Assembly: GCF_006345805.1 (NCBI RefSeq)
Contig: NC_043024.1
Span: 5,704,001-5,768,000, forward strand
Length of the DNA stretch: 64,000 nt
Source of the DNA: Octopus sinensis
Lineage: Eukaryota
Reading direction: 5' to 3'
The notes beneath the pieces are model-generated. The model was not told where the DNA came from and searched no databases. It saw only the letters and a program-made list of their open reading frames with translations. Shown one piece after another: positions 25,358 to 40,697 of the stretch (positions are counted from its first letter, which is position 1; every line of letters starts with the position of its first letter). The position numbers and the translations under genes were made by a program.

Positions 25358-25849
25358 TATATATATATATACATACATTAAATAGTATTATTACTTTGAA
25401 AACATTCAGATTACAATTTCATATATAAATATTATTTTTAAAACATCAATGTTTTTCTGGCCACAGAACCAAAGTTTGACAGGACTAATAATATTCTTTG
25501 CTTTCTGGACCAAAGCAATTAGGAAGTAACACTTAATGACCAAAGACAAACAAAAGCCTAAGATTTCTTGCATAGTGTAATCAATGAAACCTTAAACATG
25601 AACTTGTAAACCTATGATGACCCGAACAAATTGAAGTATTTAGATGAATCATCATAAAAATAACTTTCATTTCAATGCCATGTCGAAATCAGCTGACCCA
25701 TATCCTGTTTTACGTTATGACCTATTCCAGTTTATGTTTGCTACTACGTTTTCACAATTTACTTTAGTTTCAATAGTGATTATGAAACCACATAAAAATA
25801 ACTTAATCATGTGTGTGTGTGTTAGTGTAGGGTGTGATTCTGGCAAAGT

Positions 25850-27001
25850 TCTGAATTAAAATCTTCCACCAAACCTTAGTCACAATTTATGTTGCTAACA
25901 CTAGCTTAATGATAACTAAGTTATTTTACTAAATTTTTTGTTATATTTAGAATAATTGAAAGAAACACAGAACATCTCAATAGAAATATGGTAACAAAAG
26001 GGTTAAAATATATAATAGAGAAACAATTCTTAACCCTTTTGATACCAACCCAGCTGAAACAGCTTCTGGTTCTGTAGTACAAATGTCTTGTTTTCATAAG
26101 TTATGAATTAAAATCTTCCACCAAACCTTAGTCACAATTTATGTTCCTAACACTAGCTTAATGATAGCTAAGTTATTTTACTAAATTCTTTGTTATATTG
26201 ACAGCAACTTAACAGAAATATGGCAACAAAAGGGTTATAAACTGGACATATTTGACCCAAATATTCTGTTTTATGTTCAAACTGGCCAGATCTGGTCTCT
26301 CACACCTACTCTACAATGTCATTCTAAAGATAGACTAACACATCATCAAAGTCGAGAAGCTGCAAGATAATGTGAAGCAGCATTACATTTCACAGAGTGA
26401 TATCTGCATTCTGAAGAGTCAATGTATTATCTGTTGGATGATGATGTGGCTGTCATGCCTTCCTCCAAAATGAATTCCTTTTATCATTGTTATTCAAGCT
26501 GGACAACAGAGTGGACTCTATTAACCCTTTCAGTTCTGTATTTATTTTGAGAAGCTCTGTGTTTCTTTCAATTACTTTAAATATAACAAAGCATTTAGTA
26601 AAATAACTTCGTTATCATTAAGCTAGTGTTAGGAACATAAATTGTGACTAAGGTTTGGTGGAAGATTTTAATTCAGGACTTTTGAAAACAAAACATTTGT
26701 ATTACAGAACCAGAGGCGGTTTTAGCCGGGTTGGTAACGAAAGGGTTAAGAATTGTTTCTCTATTATATATTTTAACCCTTTTGTTACCATATTTCTGTT
26801 GGGATGCTCTGTGTTCCTTTCAATTAATTTTAAATATAACAAAGCATTTAGTAAAACAACTTAGTTATCATTGAGCTAGTGTAAGGAACATAAATTGTGA
26901 CTAAGGTTTGGTGGAAGATTTTAATTCAAAACTTATGGAAATAAGACATTTGTACTCGGAGCCAGAGCCAGTTTCAGCCGGGTTGGTGACAAAAGGGTTA
27001 A
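25850..27001. mobile_element. Cluster of four TTAA/CCCTTT MITE copies as two inverted dimers
   Basis: Copies at ~25850-26006, 26030-26238, 26521-26749 and 26773-27001, bounded by TTAACCCTTT / AAAGGGTTA(A); another copy at 29578-29795. Confidence 0.8.
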
Positions 27002-27218
27002 AGGTAGCCAAGGACCAGGTGATGATGTTAAGCTGGTTGACAACAGTGGAATCCCAAAAATGCACCCAAGGATTCTTACTAGAGTGGGTTGAGGCAATCA
27101 CCACAAGGCATCTTGTTTAACCCTTTAAGGCTTCTGCTAATCTATCGACAAGTCCCTGAAGGATGAAAGACAGAGTTGTGATTTTGAAGTGAGGGAGCAG
27201 TGAGCCAATACAAATACC

Positions 27219-27449
27219 TATTTCTTTACTGTCCACAAGGGGCTTCACACAGAGGGGACAAACAAGGACAGACAAACGGATCAAGTTGATTATATCGACC
27301 CCAGTGCATAACTGGTACTTAATTTATCGACCCTGAAATGATGAAAGGCAAATTCGACTTTGGCGGAATTTGAACTCGGAACGTAACGGCAGACGAAATA
27401 CCGCTAAGCATTTTGCCCGACGTTCTAACGATTCTGCCAGCTTGCTGCC
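27219..27449 (-). mobile_element. tRNA-derived SINE, family 2 (Nin/Deu-like central domain)
   Basis: Minus strand GCTGGCAGAATCGTTAG..GAGTTCAAATTCC..GCCTTTCATC..GGGTCGATAAATTAAGTACCAG..GCCCCTTGTGG.CAGTAAAGAAATA; relatives at ~43036-43258, 59646-59860, 58848-59060, 54962-55110 and 29350-29518. Confidence 0.8.
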
Positions 27450-28460
27450 AATACAAATACCACATGGCATTTTGTTCTCTTGAGCAAAGAACTAATATTT
27501 CTTGTTCAGTCAAGCCCAAAATCCATCGTGTGTGTGTGTCTGTGTTGATGTATCAAAATGATTACTGATGATACTGTGAGATCTTTTCTAAGGATTACAC
27601 AATGAAATGTCAGCATTTAGGCCTTTTGTTACCATATTTCCATTGAAATCCACTGCTTTTGTTTCAGTTCATTATGAATAATAAAAAATTTGGTAAAATA
27701 ACTGTTATTATTAAATTGTTGATAGGAATATATATATTAGCATGGAATTTTGGTGGAAGGTTTTTAGATCATTTTAAAGCAGGAAGTTTCTATCAAAGAA
27801 CCAAAGATGGTTTTAGAGAGATTGGAATCAAAAGCATCAACGCTTTTGTTACCATATTTTTGTTGAAATACACTGTTTTGATTTTGAAAATAATGAAGGG
27901 TTTAGCAAAACAATTTTGTTGTAATTAAGCTGGTGTTTGGCACAGACATTGACCCTTAACATTTGGATTACTATGCCAAATATAACTGGTATTCCATTAG
28001 TTACGATGATGAGGGTTCTAGTTGACCCAACCAACAGAACAGCCTGCTTGTGAAATTAACGTGCAAGTGGCTGAGTACTTCACTCACACATGTACCCTTA
28101 ACGTAGTTCTCAGGAAAATTCAGCGTGACACAGTGTAACACGAGGCTGGCCACTTGAAATACAGATACTTCTAATTTTTGCCAGTTGAATAAACTAGAGC
28201 AATGTGAAAAAGGCGTCCAGTTCAAGGACACATGTCACTGGGAATTGAACTCCTGACCTTGCGATTATGAGCCATGTACATAGAACCACGAAGCTACGCA
28301 CATTCACTCTGCCAAATGTAATGCTTATTTATTCACTTTGTCTTGAATTAATCGTGTTATTTTTTAGCTTTGAGATTTCAGTGTTATGATTCTATGGTTT
28401 TAGAATGACATTGTAGCATAGGTGGGTGAATCTGGATCTGGCTGGTTTGATCATAAAGCA

Positions 28461-28829
28461 TCTCTATATATATAAACAGCAAAATGTCTGTCTGTGTGTG
28501 TGTCCTTTATACAAATCCACAATTTTTCAGTTAGAGGGCTCACACTTTCTATGGTCATTCAAAACCGTCCAAGGGTGGTCGTGCATATCTTTACATTTCC
28601 CCAGTCACTCCGCAAAGCCATTAAGAAATCAATAGAAGTGACTTTTTTTGTGAATTTTCTATCCAAAACCCAATTAAAATGCCCAAAACTTGATACGCCA
28701 ATTGAATGCCAGCTAGCTGTATGTGATTGGTCGGAGATTTGGACAGTACTCACGTGTATGTGCGCATGCACACAGCTGTATATGCATGCACTAGCACTAT
28801 GACCCGATGTTGCTGGGTCATAGTGCTAG
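28461..28829 (+). mobile_element. Non-autonomous Helitron-like element
   Basis: 5' TC(TC)TATATATATAAA, 3' hairpin GACCCG..CTGGGTC and CTAG end, inserted between A and T inside a TTAA MITE. Confidence 0.75.
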
Positions 28830-30016
28830 TGTTAAATATTTTGCCCAGACACGACTGGTTTGAATGCAAAAAGGTGAACTGAAATTTTGAGGGCAAATTT
28901 TAAACTGGATCACTTTAAAACAGGAAGTTAGTGTTACAGAACCATAGACACTTTCAGGCAGGTTGCTATCGAAAAGGTTGAAGGTTCAAGCGTCACATTT
29001 TATACGAAGGAGCAGGTTTGAGCTTTTAGCATCCAGATTGCTCTATCAAATGTAATGCTTAGTTATTCTCCTTGTTTTGAATTAATCATGCGTTATTTTG
29101 TAGCTTTGTGATTGCTTAGAGATTGAATCTGGTCAGTGCAACCATAAAACAGTATTTAGGCTGGATACAGCTAGTTTAAATTTCATGCTATGTTCCAACC
29201 ACCAACTTAATGAGTCATTTTACTGAGTAATCTTTTGTTTTCAATCATTAGACTACAGCCATGCTGGGGCACTGCCTTGAATTTTTAGTCAAATGATTTG
29301 ATCCCAGTACATTTTTAAAAGTCTAGTATTTATTCTATCCTTTCTTCTATAGATGCAAGGCTTGAAATTTTGTGGGTTAAGTTGATTACATCGACCCCAG
29401 TACTCAACTGGTACTTGTTTTATCAATCCCAGTGGAATTTGAACTCAAAACATAGACAGACGAAATGTTGCAAAGCACTTTATCCAGCATGCTAACAATT
29501 CTGCCAGCTCACTGCCTTAGAATAATAAAATCTTTAATACAATGTTGTTTTTTGGTCAGCCCTGATCTCGTAGCCTTAGGTTACCTTTTCGTTACTGTAT
29601 TTATTTTGAGATGCTCTGTGTTTCTTTCCATTTTAAATATAACAAAGAATTTAGTAAAATAACTTAATCATTAAGTTAGTGTTAGGAACACAAATTGTGA
29701 CTAAGGTTTGGTGGAAGATTTTAATTCAAAACTTATAAAAACAGGACATTTGTACTCAGAGCCCGTTTCAGCTGGGTTGGTAACAAAAGGGTTAAAGAAT
29801 GTTCCAGCTGTGACCATCCAATCTTAGTTTTTTAATTTCATTTTCAGGTATAACATAGCTTGGATTACATTATATAACATTTTCTTTACTAGTTTAAAAA
29901 ACAATTGTGTGATTTAAGAGAGATTTAGCTGCTATTTCTAACATGGGACACTGTAGAAGAGTTCTTTCTTTGTGTGTGCTGCTGCTATTTATATATTTTT
30001 TCTTGTTCTTCCACAG

Positions 30017-30157
30017 GTACATCCACAACACAATCTCTGAACATCAGATATTAATGCAAATAAACCCAGGTGATAGTCCGATGCCCCTTAACCCTACACA
30101 TGCTACGCTGACTATAGAGAGACAGGATCCACAGACACAAGCAAAAGAAGTGAAAAG
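30017..30157 (+). CDS. MTF1: MTF-1 coding exon 2 (conserved pre-finger region)
   Basis: ttccacag|...AG|gtattt; YIHNTISEHQILMQINPGDSPMPLNPTHATLTIERQDPQTQAKEVKR matches MTF-1 INPG..PMP..ATLT...KEVKR. Confidence 0.95.
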
Positions 30158-30254
30158 GTATTTCTATTATTACCAGTGCCAAAGTACATATTGGATATAC
30201 GTGTGTCTCATATCTTCATCCTTTCTGGTTTTCTCTCCCACCCTTCCCTACTCA

Positions 30255-30674
30255 GATCTTTTCAGTTTGAACGGCAGTTTTTAACATAATTTCTAGGTAA
30301 CTAAAAAGTTTTAAACTTCGTATACTGGTAGAATGTGTTTATAAAACATCTTTTTCTCTTGGCTTTATTGAGAAAATTCTATAGTTTGTAAGAAATTTGT
30401 TGTTTTCTTCAATTTCTGCAATTTCAACCAATCAGTGACATCTATTGAGTTAAAAAGCATTCTGTGCCATATGAAAATGTCCCTCGTTTAAGAAACAGAT
30501 TGGGTTTATTTACATTTGTGAAGAAAAAAAGATACCCTTCCCCCACCCCTAACCCTAACTAACCCTAACCCTAAAAGATAGTCAAATTCAATAGATCGAT
30601 TCTAGGGTCATAATTATGGGTGACAATTTCATATGACACCGCTAGAAAAAACTGCCGTTCAAACCGAAAAGATC
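30255..30674. mobile_element. Non-autonomous element with 28 bp inverted termini and internal (CCCTAA) repeats
   Basis: GATCTTTTCAGTTTGAACGGCAGTTTTT / AAAAACTGCCGTTCAAACCGAAAAGATC; CCCTAACCCTAACTAACCCTAACCCTAA at ~30547-30574. Confidence 0.75.
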
Positions 30675-31837
30675 CCCCTATTATTCTTCTCTTCTCCTCT
30701 TCACTGTTACCCCCTCTCTCACTCTTCCTCCTTGACTCTCGTTGCTGACACGTGATGAAAGGGAATCTTTCTGCCCATTTCCTTCCTAATGACAACACAT
30801 GCTTATACCTGTCTCCTCTCATAAGTTTGTCTTCCTAGAATTCATAATAATTTTTCTATCATCTTGGCTTAACAACCTTCACCATTTATTTTTACTCTTT
30901 TGTTCTCACAGTACTGTTCTTGTTACCACTTTCATCCTTCACAAAAAATCCCAAATTTTATTTAATTTGCTTTGTGGGAAGGACTGTTTCAACGGAGTCG
31001 CGTCTTGTCCTTACCTTCGGAACTCAGAGTAGATGAAACAGGGACAACTGAAGAAGGGGAATATTCCTTGTGTTGTATGTCTTGTACTCTGTTTGTTTTT
31101 TTTCATTGGTCGAAAAAAGTTTGTTTTCTATGTTTTTGTTTTTATGTTTGCATTTCTCATTATGTTCAACGTTTTTTTGATGTCCTGTACCCATATATGC
31201 ATGTATATATACATATATATGTAGTTATGTACATATATGTATGTATATATGCATATATTTATATCATCATCATAATTGTTTAATGTCTGTTTTCCGTGCT
31301 AGCATGGGTTGGATGGTTCGACCGGGGATCTGGAAAGTCAGGAGGCTGCACCAAGCTCCAGTCTGATCTGGCAGTGTTTCTACAGCTGGATGCCCTTCCT
31401 AATGCCAACCACTCTGCGAGTGTAGTGGGTGCTTTTTATGTGCCAGGCGAGGCTGGCAACAGCCACGATCAGTTGGTGCTTTTTACGTGCAACCGGCACA
31501 GGTATCACAACTACAATTTCCATAATAGTTATATATTTTTTATATTATATATATATATATATGTAAAAACAACGAAGTAGCATTTAGGTTAGTTGAAATA
31601 TGTTTGTGACATTTAAACTGCTAAAAGGCAAGTACACTGCAGTTACCTGCAACAAAATGTCATCTCTGAGATTCCTAATAGATGATGACACTGAATGAAC
31701 CGGGTGTTTTCACACCTTTTTACCATAAGAGAGATGTTTTCTCCACGTTAACTGCAGTGGATTTGCATTTAGCATTTGAAATATGTGACAGACATATTTC
31801 AACTAGCCTATATTCTGCTCATATATATATATACACA

Positions 31838-32054
31838 CTCAATATAAAATAGTGTACATATAAACATGAAAAAATTACCTTTAACTGGTAATTTTTACAC
31901 GCTAGAAGAAGCAGTCAAAATGACCAAAACCACTATTTTACACCGCTATTGTACACTATTTTATATTGAGAATATGTTGTCTATTGACTATTTATACATG
32001 CTAGGTCACTGATGGTGGAATTTCTAAAAATATTTGCCACCCTATATATTTTAC

Positions 32055-32058
<4 letters not shown>
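31838..32058 (+). mobile_element. PLE-like remnant with short inverted end and decayed hammerhead
   Basis: CTCAATATAAAATAGTGTACA / TGTACACTATTTTATATTGAG inverted pair; decayed core TAGAAGAAGCAGTCAAAATGACCAAAACC; tail runs into (TA)n. Confidence 0.45.
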
Positions 32059-32119
<61 letters not shown>

Positions 32120-32448
32120 ATATATATATATGAATGAATGAATGGAGTTAATATTTATTTATATATATTATACGAAATATTTCACGTAAACCCGAAGTTT
32201 CTACCTTTAAAAACAAGGAGTTACAACCTTTTTACTTGTGATTTTTTGCTACCCTGGTAACTATTTATCTATTTTTTCTGTGTTAAATAACAAGGGAAAA
32301 TACACACATCTATATATATGTGTGTGTATATATATATAAAGGCATCCAGCTGTAGAAACTCTGCCAGATCAGACTGGAGCCTGGTTCACCAGTCCTCAGT
32401 CAAATCGTCCAACCCATGCTAGCATGGAAAGCGGACGTTAAACAATGA

Positions 32449-32488
<40 letters not shown>

Positions 32489-33668
32489 GTGGATGGATAA
32501 TGTTTAAAATTAAAGTTTAGATAGTAGACTTTAAAATGTAGTGTCGAAACCTTGTTTTGTGTATGTCCCTAGTAGTGTGCCTTGAGAGCACTTATGACTA
32601 CCAGGTGTCATCCGTTGTACTACACTTTTGGTGTAGGGTCTATGTAAGGAATTTCTCGGATGTCTTCCCTATCAATTACTTTATACACACACACACACGC
32701 TTATGTATATATTTAAGGATCCATTGGTTTTATGTTTAGAAAGAAATCCCTGAACCCACAAAACAAAGAACCTTTGGGTGGTGGGGGAATTGGAGGAGGT
32801 GGCCCTGTGCCAGGTGATGAGAGGTTAGTGTGACAGAGGGATAGAAACAGGTGCCTTGGTGTAGAGGAGATAAATGGTTACCCAGTCAGTGAGAGAGAGC
32901 AATGGAAAGAGAGAGACAGAGGTAGTGACAACACACAGACAGACAGCCTTTGAAATTGGTCTATTTGACTTTCATCTCTGTAAGTGTCACGCATATAAAA
33001 ATGGAACAGTGTGTGTATATTTGTAGTTGTAAAATTTAATTGTTCCAATTTTGTACTCTAGTACTCCTCCAACTTTAGTAAGCTTTGAGGAATGCAAAAT
33101 CAAATGGACGAATCTCAAGGACTGCCTGTATGTTGGATTCTTCGAGTAGGTTATCATCATTTAATGTCCACCTTCCGTGCTGGCATGGGTTGGATGATCT
33201 GACAAGACCTGGCCAGGTAGAAGATTACACCCGGCTACTGTGTCTGTTTTGGCATGGTTTTCACAGCCAGATACCCTTCCTAATACCAACCACTCCATAA
33301 AGTGGACTCAGTGCTTTTTACATGGCACCAGCACAAGCAAGGTTAGTCTTGGCATGGTTTTTACAGCTAGATGCCCTTCCAAATGCCAGCCACTTCACAG
33401 TGTGGACTGGATGCTTTTCATTAGGCACCAACACTGGGAGGATCAACAGGTAACTTGCAAGACTGAAGGTCCTTTGAGAGGCGATGTAGCATTGGAGGGG
33501 GTGATCTTGTGTCAGATGATGAAAGATTGGTGTGACAGACACAGAGGTAGAAACAGATGTCTTGCTATAGAGCAGAACATGGTTACCTTAGCCAGGGGGA
33601 GGAGGAGGAGAAATGGTTTGGCAGCATTTAAAAAAAATTTATTTATATTGTTCTCAATTCTTTTCCAG

Positions 33669-33748
33669 GTTCCGATGTACTTTTACGGGTTGTACGCGCA
33701 CATACAGCACCGCAGGTAACTTAAAGACACACCAGAAAACACACAAAG
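33669..33748 (+). CDS. MTF1: MTF-1 coding exon 3 (zinc finger 1)
   Basis: ttttccag|...G|gtgagt; [26 protein letters not shown]. Confidence 0.97.
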
Positions 33749-35604
33749 GTGAGTTCTCTTTCATTTTGTTGAACTGTTTCTTTCTGCTTGCTCTTTCACA
33801 GGTTTTGGCCCTCAGCCTGTGACCAGCTGGAGCAGAGTTCAACAGTTTTTAATTGATCAAATTGATTGTCCTGTACTTATTCGTCTTTTGTAGATAATTC
33901 TGTTTGTTTCGAGAGGTGTAGTTGTGTAGGTACAAGTGTGGCTGTATGGTTGAGAAGCATACTTCCCAACTATGTGATCTTCGGTTCAGTCCCACTACGC
34001 AGCACCTTGGACCAGTGTCTTCCATAGCCCCAGGCTGATCATGGCATTGTGAGTGGATTTGGTAGATGGGAACTGAATGTGTTGTCTGTGTGTGTGTGTG
34101 TCACAGTATTGAGTGGGCCATTAGATGCTGTTACACATCACAGGTCACAATGCACTTCCAATTTTGTCTTCATTGCTCCATTCTTTTCCATCTTGACCCG
34201 AATTTCTTGATTAAATCATCTTCCCATCATCATGGAGGCCTACCGAATAGCCTTTTGTGGTCTCATGGATACCACATGGCAATTGCGCAGGTCCACACAA
34301 AATATTGTTACAATTTTTCATACAATTTCCAGGCAATTTAATTATAAAAATATAAGGGTAGCTGTGTAAAGAAGTGCCAGTCTCTAACTGTGGAGGGAAC
34401 CTAAGGAAGGGGCAGACCCAGAAAGACATGGAATGAAGTGGTGGAGCATGATCTTCAAATGACCGAGACCTTTGGTGATATGTCATACTTGAGAAGACCC
34501 ATCAAGCCAAGTGAAAGGGTAGTTGTGGCCAATGCCAGGGTCACATAACTGATACCCATTCTGGTGACATGTAAAAAGCACCCATTAGACTCTTGGAGTG
34601 GTTGGCATTAGGAATGGCATCCAGCCTTAGAAACCATACCAAATCAGATTGGAACCTGGTGCAGCTCTCTAGTTTACCAGTTTCAGTCAAGCTGTCCAAC
34701 CCATGCCAGCATGGAAAGCAGACTCTATATGACAACGATGATGATGATGATATTTTAAACACCAAATGGCTAGGAGGGTCCACTTGAGGAGAATAGAAAT
34801 CAAAGGGATTCATGGGTAAAAAAGTGGTTGAGAACCACTCGACAAAACCTTACAAGGTGGTGCTCCAGCTTGGTCACTATCCATTGACTGAAACAAGTGA
34901 AAGAGTAGGCTCTGTACAGTTATTAGTGTTAGGTAGGGTGCCATAGAAACCACTCCAGAAATGAAACGAGTTTTATGCAGTCCTCTGGACCTACATGTAC
35001 GAGTGGCACTTCTGAATTTGTGCTGACTCCAACCATGGCAACCTCTCCGACCCATGTCAGCTTGGAAAGTGGATATAAAATAACGATGATGACAACTCTG
35101 TCTTCCCGCCCTTCCTCTCTTCTTCCCAGCTGCAGAGATTCTGAAAAGGGTCAAGGGCACTGCCCCCTACCTCTTTCCCTCGATACCATTAACAACAACA
35201 ACAACGTAAAGAAACAAGATAACCCAAATACTGGTTTGGAACAACTGCAACAACACCAGCACAAACTTCTAGTGAAATATTAATTATAGATAATAGCTAA
35301 TCAGTTGGTAACATAGTAACGAGAAATTAATATTGAAATCACACAAACAAGAAATTCTAGAAGGATAACATCTGTGATAGAGTCCACAGTAAAAACTGTT
35401 AGAAGACTATTTGGTGTCCTACAAAACATTTAACTGTTTGTGAACTTCTGTAAACAAACGAAGCTTTGTAAAATGAGGAGAAAAAACAGATTTTCTTTGT
35501 TTGGTTTTTTTTCAATAGAATATCTCAAATTTTTTGGCTTTTCTGGTTTATTCTCTTCATGGGTAATTGGGTTTTTTTTTCTTTCCCTCAATATTATAAC
35601 AATT

Positions 35605-38215
<2,611 letters not shown>

Positions 38216-38535
38216 AATATCTATCCTCATCGTTTAACGTCTGTTTTGCATGCTAGCATGGGTTGGACGGTTCGACCGGGGTCTGGGAAGCCAGGAGGCT
38301 GCACCAGGCTCTAGGCTGATCTGACTGTTTCTACAGCTAGATGCCCTTCCTAACACCAACCACTCCGTGAGTGTCGTGGGTGCTTTTTACGTGCCAGGGA
38401 AGGCTGGCAACGGCCACTATCAGTACATACATTACATACATACATGTGCAGGAGTGGCTGTGTGGTAAGAAGCTTGTGAGTGGATTTGATTGACAGAAAC
38501 TAAAACCCCGTTGTGTGTGTGTGTGTGTATATATA

Positions 38536-38602
<67 letters not shown>

Positions 38603-40697
38603 ACTAGCACTATGATCCGGCATTGCCAGGTTTAGTGCTTGTTGTTCATTGCCAAGTCACAGTAAAAATTTCTCACTAAATCAAGAGCTAAGTTTCTTAT
38701 CACATTTCAGCCCGGGCCAGTTTTCTTGTTTATGAGCAAGTTGGAGCTTTTTATGAGAGTAATTGATATTCATTGGACTTCGATTTTCACACCTGGAACG
38801 ACATAATCATGGAAAATTAGCAGGATTGTGCACATGCCATTAGTCAGACAAAGAAGGCGGCAGAAGAAAGCGAAAAACTCGAATTTGGCCACAAAATAGC
38901 ATGATTTTGAAAATACACATAAATCTCTTTTTTTGAGTTTTGGTTTCACACCCAACCCAGTTCTGCTCAATCAGTGTTGTGACGGGAACGCATGGGTTGG
39001 GAGTTTGACTGGCAGATGTGATCAAGTTGCACATACCAGCCCTTTTGACACAAACCCTCACCTAACCCCCTCGTTCTATGAGTGAATAGCAATGGTGGGA
39101 AGAAAAGTGCTGATTCCGGTGAAAAGGCAGAGCAATTAGAGCACAAAAAAAAGCATTCAAAGGGATTTTATGAGCATGATGCATTGAAGCAAGTAACACA
39201 ATTAGGCCAATAGTTATAAGTTCATGAAGCATAGAAGCATGTAAGACATTGAAGTTAACTAAGGTATAAGTAATAGGTATGCCTTTTCTCCGGAAGGCTA
39301 ATTGGGCTCCTGATCCACTGAAATGGAGGAGGTTAGGTTCGGAACACAACGAAGCCTTCAACTAAAACCTAGACTAACCTTACGGAAGGGGGCTCGGGAG
39401 TCTCTAATAGGCAGCTTCTAATCCCGATCGATCACTAACCCATCCTAGGGGTTCTAAATGACATGGCTGTGGAGATGTGCATGATGCTGATGTTGATGTG
39501 TTTACGTCCCTGTAACTTAGTGGTTCAGCAAAAGAGACCCATAGAATAAGTACTAGGCTTACAAAGAATAAGTTCTGGGGTTTATTTGTTCAACTAAAGG
39601 CAGTGCTCCAATATGGTCACAGTTGAATGAATAAAAAAATTAAGACGTCCCGTGCCGGTGGCACGTAAAATGCACCCACTACACTCTTGTAGTGGTTGGT
39701 GTTAGGAAGGGCATCCAGCTGTAGAAACTCTGCCAAATCAAGATTGCAGACTGGTGCAATCATCTGGTTCGCCAGCCCTCAGTCAAAATCGTCCAACCCA
39801 TGCCAGCATGGAAAGCAGATATTAAACAATGATCACATGTATAGCATCATCATTAGCTTCAACATTTATTGCTGGCATGGGTTGGACGGCTTGACAGGAA
39901 CTGGCAAGGCTTGGGGCCAATGGTCTGTTTTGACTGGGTTTCTACATCTGGATGCCATTCCTAATGCCAACCACTCCATAGTGTATGAGGTTCTTTTTAT
40001 GTGGCACCAGCACCTTGCCTTTATATATATCATCATCATCATCATCATTAAGTTATGGGGTCATAACCAAACCAGCACCAGTTGTCAGGTGGTATGACAA
40101 ACACACACGTAACTGTGGTTGTGTGGTTAAGGAGCTCAGTTTAGAAGAATGTCTCCGATTCAGTCCCTTGCTGCAAGGTTCTTCTGCTATGGCCCTGGGC
40201 CGACCAATGCCTTGTGAATTGATTTGGTAGATGGAGACCGTGAAAACCCAGGATCTGATAGAATTAAGGCCTTTAAATAACAAAGACACCAAGGTAGTTG
40301 GGGAAAGCACACCTGTGCATTAACGTGTGTATATGTGTCTTTGTTCTTCTCCCAATACCTGACAACTGGTGTTGGTTTATTTGTGTCCCCTAGCTTAACT
40401 AAATACTTATTTGTCCCTTAACTTAACAGTTCACCATAAGAGACCAATAGAATAAATACCAGGCTTTACCGATAATAATCACTGGTATCAATTCGTATGA
40501 CTCTTTTGTTTCAGTCATTACACTGTGGCCATGCTAGAGCACTTCCTTCAAGGGTTTAGGCAAACAAATCAACCCCAGGATTCATTTTTCTGCTTTTTAA
40601 GCCTGGTACTCGTTCCATTGATCTCATTTTGCAGAACCCCTAATTTACAGAGATAGAAACAAACCACCAGTTATCAAGGCACACCCACATATACATA

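Noticed and set aside
34975-35283. 102 aa ORF in MTF1 intron 3 as a possible extra exon
   Set aside because: Contains a decayed RTE-type tail and (AAC)n; exons 3 and 4 already join in frame to give the canonical finger linker.
38603-39470. Helitron-type CTAG/hairpin end followed by unique-looking sequence (captured gene?)
   Set aside because: No recognisable protein motif or other terminus could be identified by eye.
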